Assembly: GCA_965287045.1 (NCBI GenBank)
Contig: OZ336897.1
Span: forward strand, 20,956,001 to 21,020,000
Length of the DNA stretch: 64,000 nt
Reading direction: 5' to 3'
From: Carcharhinus amblyrhynchos
Taxonomy: Eukaryota
Positions 14,310 to 26,953 of this stretch are shown piece by piece. How positions within the stretch are numbered: the first letter of the stretch is position 1; each line of letters begins with the position of its first letter. The notes beneath the pieces are model-generated. The model did not search any database and was not told the origin of the DNA. It was given only the letters and a program-made list of their open reading frames with translations. The position numbers were made by a program, and so were the translations under genes.

Positions 14310-14456
14310 AGTTTTATTTGTTCATGGATGTGCGCATCACTGGCTGTGCCAGTGCTGACTGCCCATCCCTGAGGGCATTTAAGAATCAACCACATTGCTG
14401 TGAATCTGGAGTCACATGTAGGTCAGACCAGGTACAGATGACAGATTTCCTTCCCA
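14310..14456 (-). mobile_element. SINE 3' fragment (same family as 47075-47310)
   Basis: Reverse complement shares ggaaggaaatctg...tacatgtgactccag and the gggatgggca...gccagcca...cacatccatgaa tail. Confidence 0.65.
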
Positions 14457-15910
14457 AAATTTCACAAAAGCTTTATTGTGCTATTTTTATTGAATCTACA
14501 ATGTATTCTTACGCCAACATGGGTGTCCAAAGTTCTTCCAACTGTATAAATAAATAATGGTTAAACTCCATTATTATAATAAATATTTGATATGAAAAAC
14601 TTCAAAACTCTTGTTGGGAATCCAAGTGCTTGGAATTAGCATGACATGTTGAAAACAAACCTGAAGTTTTTGTTGCAGTACAAAGCTGTGGGCAAAACTT
14701 TAAAGCAATATTGTCTGGTAAACGTTCAGTAAAAACCATCAGAAATGGCACAAATGCTTAGATTTTAATCTGAGATCCACTACATTCTGCAGATTTTGAC
14801 TAGTTTTACAAAAATGTTGTACTCACAATGTGCTTTATTTAGGTTATAAAATATAATTTGTCTATTTATTTACTACTGAATATCCAAAGATTCATTTTTA
14901 ATAGACATGGAGGTCATAGATAACGTATGAAAAATGGCATGCAAAAATGTAGTTACAGTTGGACGGATAAAGAATAATTAGGATTCTGTATTAAAAGGGA
15001 ATTGCAATCAATTAAACACTGCTGAAAATTAAGTTTGGGGAGAAGACTCAAGAAAGAAGTATGGCAGTTTCATTTTGATGAGGTATTCTTGACATCAACT
15101 TCAAAGGAGAGGGATAGAGGAACAATAAATGCAGCTTTTCTTTTCACTTATCTCAAGTAACCAATTAATAAAAGGACCCACTTCAATTTGTCATTTTGAC
15201 TAGTGCTCAATGCAAACTACCAGGAAGGATAAAATTAAGACAACACAAAAAAGTAAATATTTGAAAAATGAAATACCATAGCTAACTGCAAGCTCACTTT
15301 GCTCCTTTCACAAAAATTGCTTTTGGTAATTAATTTCAGAAAAAAAGTACAAGATACGTGAATTAAAATGCAACACATGGAATTTCCCTAAAATTTATTG
15401 TGCATCTTCAGATAAGCCTTTAGTGTCAATGCAAGAACCAAGTGAACCATTCTATTTAAGTTGCCCTTTCAGTACCCAATTTCTCTCACTCGAGCATAAA
15501 ACCGTAATTTGATTGCTCCCACCTTCATCTTTATTTTTCACTGATGTTGATTTATGCTCTCTGGTCCGACTAAACTAAGCAAATTCTTGCACTACATCAC
15601 TTAATTATCCAAATTTATGAGGTCTCCTCAATCTTCTTTCTAGTCTGTAGTTTGCTTATCTAATCTTTCCTCATAATTCATTTCTTCTATAATTTTTAAA
15701 AAATCTGTCATGGGAAATGGCCTCATTTTGTCGCCAAACAGAATTATTATGGTGAAGCTGATTCCAAAGTATTTATTGGCCACTGGAGACAAGAAAATAA
15801 TTTCACATTCTTGGTCATCTGGCTACTGGTTCTCCTCGTATTAGTGTGAAATAAATTTATTGCGACATTTCCCAAGATGCCTCATCAGGCTTCAATCCAT
15901 TTTCAGTTTT

Positions 15911-16159
15911 TTTTATTAGTATCACAAGTAGGCTTTCATTAACACTGCAATAAAGTTACTTTGAAAATTCCCCAGTCACCATACTCACGTGCTTGTTTGG
16001 GTACATGAAGGGAAAGTTTTGCATGGTCAACACACCTAACCTGCACATTTTTCGGACTGTGGGAGGAAACATGCAGACTACACACAGATAGTGACCCAAG
16101 GAGGTAATTGAATCTGGGTCCCTGGCGCTGTAACGCAGCAGTGTTAACCACTGTGCCAC
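15911..16159 (-). mobile_element. V-SINE with HE1-type head/core and alternative tail
   Basis: Same head as the 9904 copy; tail aactttattgcagtgttaatgaaagcctacttgtgatactaataaa. Confidence 0.85.
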
Positions 16160-17148
16160 TTGCCTGCATCCTTCCTTTTTAAATCTACATGAATTGACCT
16201 GGTTTTAAAATACAAGCTTCAAATATAACTCAACCCTAAAGTCCTGTCCATGAAGCAAGAAATATCAATGATCCTGGTATTTGGCCAATGGGCCTGGCAT
16301 CAGAACGTAATCCAACATCCACCAGGCAGGAGATTGATCTAATAATACAATTCAGAGATACTTCAATCCATTTCCATTTTGAAGTGCGAAATCTCAATTT
16401 CGTACTTTCAGAAACTCAGTTTAGATTTAGTCCACAAAACCGCTAAGTAAAAATGGCAATTTACATTATTCTGGACAAAGGGTCAAATAGATGGTATAAT
16501 AATTTTGTAATTAAGCAGTAGTCAAACAGGATATTCAAGATGCTTGCATTGAGAAATAGCACACTAGAGTGTTTGTACTATAGGTACATGGATGTGCATC
16601 CTTCACAATCAACACATGTCTTTGCACATCTAAGATCCAAGATATCATGCATCTCTGATAATAATGTAAATATAGATGGCTTTTAGATTCAAGGCATTTA
16701 CTGAATCATCTAGGAATATCTAGAAGATAAACTGTTCCATAAAATTTGACATTATTACAAACAGCTAATTTCATAACATTCAAAAATCTGATCATACAGT
16801 CTTAAGCTTGTTTTTAAACTTTACAACTGCCATGTTTATACAGTCCATTAGGCTGGAACTTATTGATTTAGAATGGTGAAATGAAAATATCAGCTGAAGC
16901 CCAGGGGTCAGACGTTGATGTTCTGCAATTCTGTTCTTTTAACAACCACCAATACAAGTATTTACTTGCCTCAGTTTATTCACTCTCTGATCATGGATTC
17001 AACAGTAAATTACATAGATGGTTTACATAACATGATACTTTACAGGACAATATCCTTGATTCTCATCATAACTACACCACTCGAAAATATTAAAGGCAAA
17101 ACATTAGACTTGCTGCCCATGAAATAAAAGTGCAACAGACGTTACCAA

Positions 17149-18543
17149 CCCTAAACCGATTCATGGTTCGATGAAATTAAAAGCGCTACAGAGTGACCGA
17201 GCCATGTGGAGATAGGCTCACACTCAACTTGTCAGCCAGGGGCCTGGCCACTGCCTCCACCTCTGTCTAAAGTTCTGTGATGTGGAGATGCTGGCATTGG
17301 ACTGGGGTAAGCACAGTAAGAGGTCTTGCAACACAAGCCAACAGAAGAATTCCTGAAGACACAAACAGGTTGTCCTATCGATGATCAAGAACTCTGAGGG
17401 TAGCTTGAAGAATACAAACTAACAGATAGCGAAATCCAAGCATTAAATATCAGCTGGGTTTGATTTGGAAAATAACACTGCGGTATCCCAAAGGCAATCT
17501 TGCAAGTTATTTTACGATAGTGGACACAGCAACCATTGCTGAGTTTCTCTTTGGCTTGACGTAGTTCCAGGCTCGAGGGCTCAATTTGCTTAACACTCAA
17601 TTTCTACACTGAGCATGAAGCGAAGTGTGGACGTTTTTCATGTAGGGGTCAATGTGACACTGAAACCACTCCAAATCATCAGCAGATAAAATTCAATTAT
17701 TTTTCTAAATATTCCTTTATCAAATAACTTTGGCTCAACAGAATGAGGATGTAAATTCTTAAACATGCTCTCCAAAATTCAAATTTAACATCTCTAAAGT
17801 AAATTACTCCAGAAAGGCCTATACAGGCATCGTACATGGGACTCATGTTTTCTTTTGGAAATATGTGCATAAAAATGAATCAATTCTGTTTGGCAGAAAA
17901 TTACTTGCTGCAAAACATTAAATGTATTTTGCTCACTTAATTTAAAACACATGCTTTTTTTCACTTAAAATGTTGGTGTTACAAATTTAATGCTGAAGCA
18001 ATTGCATAAAGTCAAGAAAAACAGATGGACTGAAACAAGCGATCTGTACTCTACAGACTGCGATATGCACTGATAGAACAGATGGAATGCATAACCATCA
18101 GCTATGACAGAAATTATTGATGGAACGGCTTGGCTGGTCCTGCCGAGAAACACAGGATGACGGGATCATATTACTGCAGCAATCAAAGCCCACCCACTAG
18201 TGAGAGCGCACCTTTATGTCCTGGTCTTTCCCCCTCTAGACTATTTATAAAGCTTTCACACTACCTTACTTATTCAAACAATAATCTGAATAAAAGACTT
18301 TTGAATCTGGTGAAGAATTATTTCAGCAGTTCACATTCCTTCAATGGCTGGAACCTGGTGTTGTAAGATCTCTTACTATGCTTACCCCAGTCCAACGCTG
18401 GCATCTCTACATCATGGAACTTTACACAGAGGTGGAAGCAGTGGCCAGGCCCCTGGCTGAAAAGTTGAGTGAGAGCCTGTCTCCACATGGCTATGTCACC
18501 CTGCAGTGCTTTTAATGCCATAGAACCATTAACCGGTTTAGGG
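17149..18543. mobile_element. 1.4-kb element bounded by 186-bp inverted repeats; probable non-autonomous DNA transposon
   Basis: 17149-17334 aligns without gaps to the reverse complement of 18358-18543 (24 mismatches by hand count, about 87%); both ends begin CCCTAAACCG. Confidence 0.75.
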
Positions 18544-21484
18544 TGAAACTTGAATTCCCTCTGAGGAGTTTCACCTCCAAGGACTGTTGGCCAATCATAC
18601 AGTCTGCTGGCTAATCAAATAGCCTGCAGCTCTCTCAGCAGAGCAGAACCAGTGGGAACAATGACGACTGCTAGGACTACAAGCAGTCCCCAAAGAACCA
18701 ACGCCATGGACTCAAGACAAAGGTGGTGGTTTCGTTGGGCTAGGTTAGCAGGCCCGAGTGAAGAGCTGCAGTGGCAGGACTCGTGGGAGTGTTGTGTCCT
18801 TCACTGGGTACAAAGTGTCCAAAAAGGAAGTTGTTCCATCACCCTGTCCAAACATCTGCTAACAAAGCTGCCAGTGGGCATGTGGCAGATAAAATTCTAG
18901 CAACAATGGAAGGAAGCTTCAAAGTAGCCATTTAAGGGCCCATCTGAAGTAGGCAACTGATACCTCCCTCATCATGGGCAAAACTCCAGCAGCAGCAGGG
19001 GGAGGAAGGCAAATGAAGAGGGTGTGGATGTCAGCATTTATTACCAATTCCTCATTGCCCCCAAGGAGGTTATGGTGGCTTTAGGTTAGTTTGCAGTATA
19101 GTATACTTTGTACCAACTCAAACTGATGAGACAACCTTCTGAAGGCCGCTCAGATCTCTCTAGTCCATATCACTGGGGTCATTTTCTTAGTTGTAGTGCC
19201 ACTCTCACATCTGATACACCCAAGATCACATATCACTGATGCAAAAGTCCATCACTATGACTGCACCAGTTATTGCTTATTTTGTATCCACTCAACCATG
19301 CTTTACCTGACTTGAAAAAGTTTGATGCTGACTTTGAGAGGTTTCTCCATAGTGACATCACAACTCAAATATAATTTTATACTAAATTAACATAAACTTT
19401 GGATACTGATATAGTAGTTCCCATTTTAAGATCATGATACTGAAGTACGTTTCACTAAGCTGCCATATCTTCCATTCTCCATGATCGTTTTAATTTTTCT
19501 CACATATGCATGAATTGTCACTCAAGGTCAAGGTTTTTTCATTAACTCAAAGTTAATAAAAAAAATCCTAATTTATTAGCAGTCAGTCTTTAAGTATTTG
19601 AATGTCGCCGTTAGTTTTATCCTACATATCTAGATGCCGACATGACCGAGTCACTTTCTCTCAATTTGCCAAAGTGACAACCAATATTGAACCGTGTAAA
19701 CAGCAACAGTAAAATTAATTAGAAAAATCCTCGCTAATGGTTCAGAGAGTCACACAGATCAAGCAGGCTGCAGGATCCTTCCTCAGTCTATACGAGTACA
19801 GCCAGAGCCAGCAACAGGAGCATTAGAATCAGCTTTTGGAATTAGGAAAAAGGAAATAATTTAAAATTTCCTTTCCACATCACTATCTTTGTGGGTCATA
19901 AATCCTGGAGAGAGAGATAGCTTTAAAGAAGAAATCTTCCAGTGATCAACTGAAATGAATTGCATGACAAGTATGAAACCTTCAGTTCCAACGAACTAAA
20001 AGCAACATGTACAAAACATTGTTTAGTAGGCAACTGATACTCTTTAATGACAGAAAAAATGTACCATTTAACATCACAACTATATTTCACTGTCCACTCT
20101 CCACAAATTTCCAGTCTTTACATGAACCAGTCCAGGTTGGGAAACCTCCCAACTTCTAACAAGATCATTTTGTTGAATCATATCATCAAACAACCATCAA
20201 AAGGCATCTCTTGGTCTTCAGAGAAGTTCCAAATCCACCACCAGCAGTGAGATCCTCTCTGGGAAATTATCCTCCTGGCAAAGCCAGGGCAACTCATCCA
20301 GAGTTTTTAAGATTGCCATAGGATGTGTCTCTTCTACCCAAGTCCATCCCTACTCTCAACCCTGCTCTGGCAGCTCACAGAGAAATTGCAACTTCTCTGT
20401 GCTGATCACCTGCTGCAGCTTTTGGCTCTGTGCGAGACCCCTCTCTTTTTTGGTCTGTAAACTTGGACACTGACAGTCTATCTGCAGTTAGCTCAATTGC
20501 TTTTGCATTCAGGTGTGCACATTTTCACTTTCCTCCTAGTTTGCCTCACCCTGGGCCTCTCTGTTCCCTTGGTAACAATGCCATTGAGACTTCTGTCGAA
20601 CAGAATTCAGAGCAGATCACATGACTCGCTTCATTACCTTATTTTGTCTTGAATTAAAGAGACTGTACCAAAACATAATCATCTTATAAAACCTTACATT
20701 CATAATGTGTGCACACGTGAGGTTATCAGGCTTGGCTTTCACAGCCCACGAAGACTCGGTACCAAAGATCAAATGTCAATAATGATCATTTGGGCAAGGA
20801 AAGAAAGGATAACCAGTATCCTATTAAGCAATCGATATCTTCAGAGGGTGATGGGAAGAAATTCAGCCAGCAGCAAAAGGAAAATTAACAGTTCAAACGA
20901 AACAAATGAAAACAAAAGCTCAACTTTCAACTTTGCTTCTTAGATCAGGATTTTAATCTCAGCAAATTTCCAGACCTTAATGTGTACAGTCATAAGCACT
21001 AGTTTTGAAAACTTTAGCACTGGGAACAAAGAACTGCTTATGCACCATCATTTCTTACTTTGGAAACTGAGCTTACAAGGTAGCAATATAAATTTACTTT
21101 GAGGTAATATTTCATAAAAACACTCAGTGCATGATGAAAACTGTACAATTTAAAATCAACTTCACACAATATATAAAATTTAAATCTTGTATGAAGTTGA
21201 AATTGTACATTTCAAAATGAAAAGCTGTATACACTGCAAGTGATAGCATCTGTACTTATGTTGATTTAGTCAATGACTTACCAGGTTGCAACATTATCAG
21301 CATATTCAATAGGCTTCATTCAAAGACTTAATTTGTAATAACCCACATCCCCTTGCAAATGTTGCGAGCAGTAAATACCTAGCGAGTCCAAATCTAAAAA
21401 CATCACTAAATTAATTCTGTGTAAATGCCTCACATACTTGCCATTTATTTTAACAATATGATTTGAACAAAAATATCTTTTCAT

Positions 21485-21763
21485 TAAAGTTTACTTATTA
21501 GTCACAAGTAAGGCTTACATTAACATTGCAATGAAGTTATCGTGAAATTCCCCTAGTCGCCACACTCCAGCGTCTGTTTAGGTCAATGCAGCTAACCAGT
21601 ACATCTTTCAGACTGTTGGAGGAAACCAGAGCACCCATAGGAAACTCTCACAGACACGGGGAGAATGCACAGACTCCACACGGATAGCGACCCAAGCAGG
21701 AGGTCAGACCCTGGTCCCTGGTGTGAGGCAGCAGTGCTAACCACTGTGCTGCCGGTGTCGCCC
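21485..21763 (-). mobile_element. V-SINE with HE1-type head/core and alternative tail
   Basis: Head gggcgacaccggcagcacagtggttagcactgctgcctcac; tail aacttcattgcaatgttaatgtaagccttacttgtgactaataagtaaacttt. Confidence 0.85.
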
Positions 21764-22215
21764 ATAATACTGAACAGCATTTTATCAGCAAGCCTGCTCT
21801 CTCTGGCATATCATTTAACTTTAAAAATGCCACTCCTAGATCTTTCTGAGATAGAGTACAAAGCTTTGAAAAGAAGGCCTCCCAGACAACTGCAGCGCAT
21901 CAGAGCTTCAAAACTGAAACCCGATACTTATTTTTTCCTGAATTGTAACAACAGCTATCATTTTGGGATATGTACAGCTCAATATTTGTGCATATTTAAA
22001 TTCCATAACCCAAATATCAGAAGGTTTTAGTCTATCTGATGCAGCAAAACAGTTACCGCTTTTGGACAAGCTGTAATTCCAGGTTTTACTGCATCCTTGT
22101 TCACTGTACAGCCTATCAGCAAGTGCGAAGAAAGTTAATTTACTGAGTTAAAAGAGAACTCAAATTAAAATTAATAAAGGTACAATGAGAAAATGACACC
22201 AGAAATGTTCGTTAA

Positions 22216-22345
22216 CCCTTTGAGTACTGAATACCCCTTGCAGCTTTCAAAATGTGTGCATTTTCTATTATATTTGCAAATGCGCTTATTTAAATTCGAG
22301 ATGCTCTGAGTTTTGTGCAGAAATATCACTGCCGTTCTCAAAGGG
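22216..22345. mobile_element. piggyBac-type MITE, 130 bp
   Basis: TTAA|CCCTTTGAGTACTG ... CCGTTCTCAAAGGG|TTAA: TTAA on both sides, 9-bp perfect and 12/14 terminal inverted repeat starting CCC. Confidence 0.75.
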
Positions 22346-22526
22346 TTAAATTGGCATACAATAGTGTTGGTGATAACTTGAGGTCAGTATTTTAGGTAAA
22401 AATCAAATGTACCGAGTGATTTTTTTGGTTTCCCCACGAAATTATGCTACCTAACAGTTCTTTTAAATCTACTTTGGGTAAATGTAAGGTTTTAAAAGAT
22501 GCTAAAAGGTTTGATTCAGTACTCAC

Positions 22527-22591
22527 AGATGCCAAAGCTTTTCCAAGTGCATCACCTGTCTGTGAACCCCCAGCTGCATTTCCTCTGTTCC
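22527..22591 (-). CDS. TCF12: TCF12/HEB coding exon (equivalent of exon 12), 65 bp
   Basis: Acceptor gtatAG, donor GTgagt. Translates (G)NRGNAAGGSQTGDALGKALAS, the E-protein SQTGDALGKALAS motif at the start of AD2. Confidence 0.97.
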
Positions 22592-22824
22592 CTATACATA
22601 ATATAATTGGGAGCATAAAACACTTAGATTATTCAAAAGTTCAGCATTTTTCCTGCACTTGAATACAAATTTTGTTTCGTATATCCGCACATTTATTGCG
22701 CGATATGAAATTTATGGATTAATGTTAAAAAACAAAATTGCAATTTTGTAGTTGCAAATTTTTAATAACCAGCTGATTACTACTTTCCACTTGAACGTGG
22801 AAATTAATGTTTCTTATAACATAC

Positions 22825-22966
22825 CCAAAAGATTTTCTGATCCATTGACTGGTGGTGTGTGTGAGGCTGCAACATATGGGGAGCTGGTACTCCCTCGATG
22901 GAAGCTAGACATTGGGGGAAGACTGGGGTTGATGTCTGTAGGTGAAACTGAGTGTGGTGGATAGTT
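22825..22966 (-). CDS. TCF12: TCF12/HEB coding exon (equivalent of exon 11), 142 bp
   Basis: Acceptor ttatAG, donor G|GTatgt. Translates [47 protein letters not shown](G), containing the conserved LPPMSSFHR motif. Confidence 0.97.
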
Positions 22967-24240
22967 CTATAAAAATAAAAACACCAAATAACAGCCCTGG
23001 ATAAGTTAAGTAAATACAACAGAACCTGCTTAATATCGATCCCTAACTGGCACAAAAAGCTTATGTTAAGCTGCACTAAATCTGAACAAAACTTCATGGC
23101 ACATAAAAACCAAATATGTTTTTTATACCTTTAATGATACCTGATTGCATGATAAATACTCAAACCGTGTTCAAGCTACTTACTGGAAATAAAACTGCAC
23201 TCTATCATTCACTTTGCAAAACTGGCAGATCTTGATTTACAATCCGTAAGCCTACACACAGTGATATACTGATTAAGTTATAATGATACAGTTATGAGCG
23301 ATATAGTGAATTGAATCTAATTATGGTACATGGAAAGCTCCATGACCATAACCACATAATTATTTGTCAATCAGCACAACTCAAACAGGAAGCCTTGCTG
23401 AACTGAATTTAAAACACTAATTTAATGTTTTACACTGTTGTATGTTGATCACAGTTAAAACAATACAGAAAAACAATGCAGCAGTCCAGCTCCACCAACT
23501 ATGCTGAAATGGTGCAGGATGTGAATTGATCCCCAAAAGATATCACACAAGAAGTCTGCAATCAGGATTATTGGAATAGTATTCACCTTAGTGGGGCAAG
23601 GTCATCTTTTGTTATGTACAGTTATTAAAGTGGATTTTAATTATCATATAGGCCCAGCAAATCAAATTTGCCATAATAATGTAGAGAACAAGTTCATGGA
23701 ATACATGCAAGATAATTTTCTTGAACATGATGGCCAGGAACCAACCAGGAAACAGTTCTATTTAGACCCAATATTGTGTGATAGCAAGGATTTAATGAAG
23801 AATTTTGTTGAAAAGCAACATTTTGGAAATTGTGATAATAAGACAGAATTTTATATTGACTGAGTGTGCTTTACTTAAGACAAAACTAGGTTCTTAAGTC
23901 TGAACAAGGAAATCTGTATAGCTGTGAAAGATGAATTGACTTAAGGAAGGTTGGGAAACTAGATTAAAATCTAAAATGAAGGATAAGCAATGGCAAACAT
24001 TTAAAGAACTAACTAATAATCAGAAACAAACATAGCCCCCTGAAGAATAAAAAGATCATGGAAATGTAGTCCTACTGGAATAACAAGAAAAGTTTGAGTC
24101 AGTGTTAAGCTAAAGGAAGAGACATATTATGCTGCCAAAAAGAGCAGTAAGCCTGAGGATTGGGTGAGTTTTAGAAACCAGCAAATGATAAACTGACAAA
24201 GAAATAGGAGAAAATGAGACAAAACTAGCAAAATAAACAT

Positions 24241-25800
24241 GTTTTAGTGAGGAGCTGAAGGAAATCAGCGTCCAAGAAATGGTTTTGGGGAAAATTGATG
24301 GGATTGAAGGTGGATAAATCCACAGGTCCTGATAATCCTTATCCCACAGTACTTAAGGGAAGTGGCCCTGGAAATAGTACATCCATTGGTGGTTATTTTA
24401 CAAAATGTTTTGGACTCTGGAATAGTTCCTACAGATCAGACAGCAACTGATGTAAGCCCACTATTCAAAAAGGGAGGTAGAGAGAAAACAGGGAACCTAC
24501 CACTGGTATTGGGGAAGTTGCTAGATTGTTATCAAGGATTTCATAACTTGGCATTTGGAAGGCAGTGGTATAATCAGGTAAAGTCAGCATGGATTTATAA
24601 AAGGGAAATCATGCTTGGTGAATCGATTGGAATTTTTTGAGGATGTAACTAGTAGAGTTGACCAAAGAGAACCAGTGGATGTGGTTTATTTAGAATTTCA
24701 GAAGGCTTTCGGCAAGGTCTCACATAACAGACTATTATGTAAGGTTAAAGCACACGGGATTGCAAGTAATGCCTTGACATGGGTAGAAAGCTGGTTAATC
24801 AACAGGAAACAAAGATTTGGCATAAATGGGTCTTTTTCTGATTGGCAGTCAGTGACGAGTGGGGTTCCATAGGGATCTGTGCTGGGATCCCAACTGTTTA
24901 CATTTTTACGAATGATTTGGAAGAGGGAATTGAATGTGTTATCTCCAGATTTGCAGATGATACAAAGTTGGATAAGAAAATGAGCTGTGAGGAGGATGCA
25001 GAGATGCTTCAGCATGATTTGGACAAGGAAATGCAGATATATATGATGTTATCCATGTTGGTAGCAATAACAGGAAGACAGATTATTACTTGAAATGGGT
25101 GTAAATTGAGAAAGATGGATACTCAATGAGATCTTGCAGTCCTTGTGCATTGGTCGCTGAAAGTAAGTGTGCAGTTACAACACGCAGTAAAGGCGGCAAA
25201 TGGGGGTATGTTGGCCTTCATAGCGAGGGGGTTTGGGTATAGGGATAGGGATGTTTTGCTGCAATCGTCCAGGGCATTGGTGAGGACTCAACAAGAGGAG
25301 TGTGTGCAGTTTTGGTGTCCTTACCTGAGGAAAGATGTTCTTGCTACAGAGGGAGTACAGTGAAGATTTACCAGGTTGATTCCTGGCATGGCATGTCTGT
25401 CATATGAGGAGAGACTAAGTCAGTTAGGATTCCATTTACTGGAGTTGAGAAGAGGGGTAGATTCAGAAAGAATGTTCCCAATGGTGGGGGATTCCAGAAC
25501 TATGAGTCGTAGTTTGAGGGTAAGGAGTACTTTGAGAACTGAGGTGAGGAGAAATTTTTTGACCCAGAGGGTGGCAAATGTGTGGAATTCACTACCATTG
25601 AATGTAGTTCACACCAAAACATCGTGTGATTTCAAAAAGAAACTAGATATAGCTCTTGGGGGCTAAAGGGATCAAGGGATATGAGAGGAAAGGGAGGAAA
25701 TCAGGTCAATGAATTTAATGATCAGCCATGATCAAGATGAACGGCACAGCAGGCTCCAAGGGCCAAATGGCCTACACCTGCTTCTAGTTACTATATTTCT
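24241..25800 (+). mobile_element. CR1 LINE, 5'-truncated, frameshifted RT
   Basis: ORF pieces LEFFEDVTSRVDQREPVDVVYLEFQKAFGKVSHNRLL, VTSGVP, ISRFADDTKL, RRNFLTQRVANVWNSLP; tail ggccaaatggcctacacctgcttct. Confidence 0.92.
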
Positions 25801-26573
25801 AAAAGCACGAAAACAGATTAGGCAATCAGAAATTTTTGCAAGCAAATGTGGTTACCTTAGAGAACGAGAGAGGAAAAATTACAATGGCAAGTAAGGCAAT
25901 CAAACAAGTATTTTGTGTTTGTCTTCATGGAAGACCCCAAACAAATCAATCTGGAAATAGTCAGAGACTAATGGGCAAGTGAAAATGAGGAAACTAGGGA
26001 CATTAACAGTAAGGAAACAGCACTGGAAACATTAATGAGACTTAAAGTGAACAAATCCCACAGAACTGATGGCATACATACTAGTGTTTTAAAAGAGGTA
26101 GCTACAGAGACAATGGATGCATTGATGACGATCTTCCAGTATTGCCTCAATTCTAGAACAGTCCCCACAGATCTGAAGTAGAAAACGTAAACCCGATAGA
26201 AAGGAGAGAGAAAATTGAGAAAGAAGGCAGTTAGCATGAGATCAATTGTCAGGAAAACGCAAAAATCTATTATTAGGAACATGGTAACAAGGCACTTGGA
26301 AAATCATATGATTAAGCAGAGCCAAAAATGAACTTGTGAAAGGGAAATTGTGTTTGACAAATTTCTCAAGTGCTTCTGAGGAGATAACCAGTGGAGTGGG
26401 CAAGGAAATGTGGGATTTGAAATTTCAAAGAGCATTCAGCTGATGCCACGGAAGAGATTATGGCACAAAGTTAGGATCCATTAGATTAGGAACAACATAT
26501 TAGCCTTGACCAAGTACCAGCTGACAGAGAGAAAACAGATAGTAGAAATGCAGAGATCATTTTGGTGGTTGTG

Positions 26574-26763
26574 GATGTGCGGGGTGGGTTGATTGGCCAT
26601 GCTAAAAAAAATTGCCCCTTAAGAGTCCTGAGATGCGTAGGTTAGAGGGATTAGCAGCTAAATATGTAGGGATATGGGGTTAGGGCCTGGGTGGAACTGT
26701 GGTCGGTGCAGACTCAATGGGCCGAATGGCCCCCTTCTGTACTGTAGGGTTTCTATGATTCTA
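26574..26763 (+). mobile_element. 5'-truncated HE1-like SINE inside CR1
   Basis: gattggccatgctaa...gggccgaatggcccccttctgtactgtagggtttctatgattcta. Confidence 0.85.
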
Positions 26764-26953
26764 AGCTGCAACTAGCACAGTACCATGATAATCAGCATTT
26801 AGGCCTCAGTCAGCATCAACAACCGAAGCGGGAAGACAAAGTGAAATGTATCCCAGTTGTGTGAATACACAAAGCTAGGTGGGAAAATAAGCTATGAGGA
26901 GGATGCAAAGGGACAGCAAAGCAGTATAGACAGGTTAAATGTGTACACAAGAA

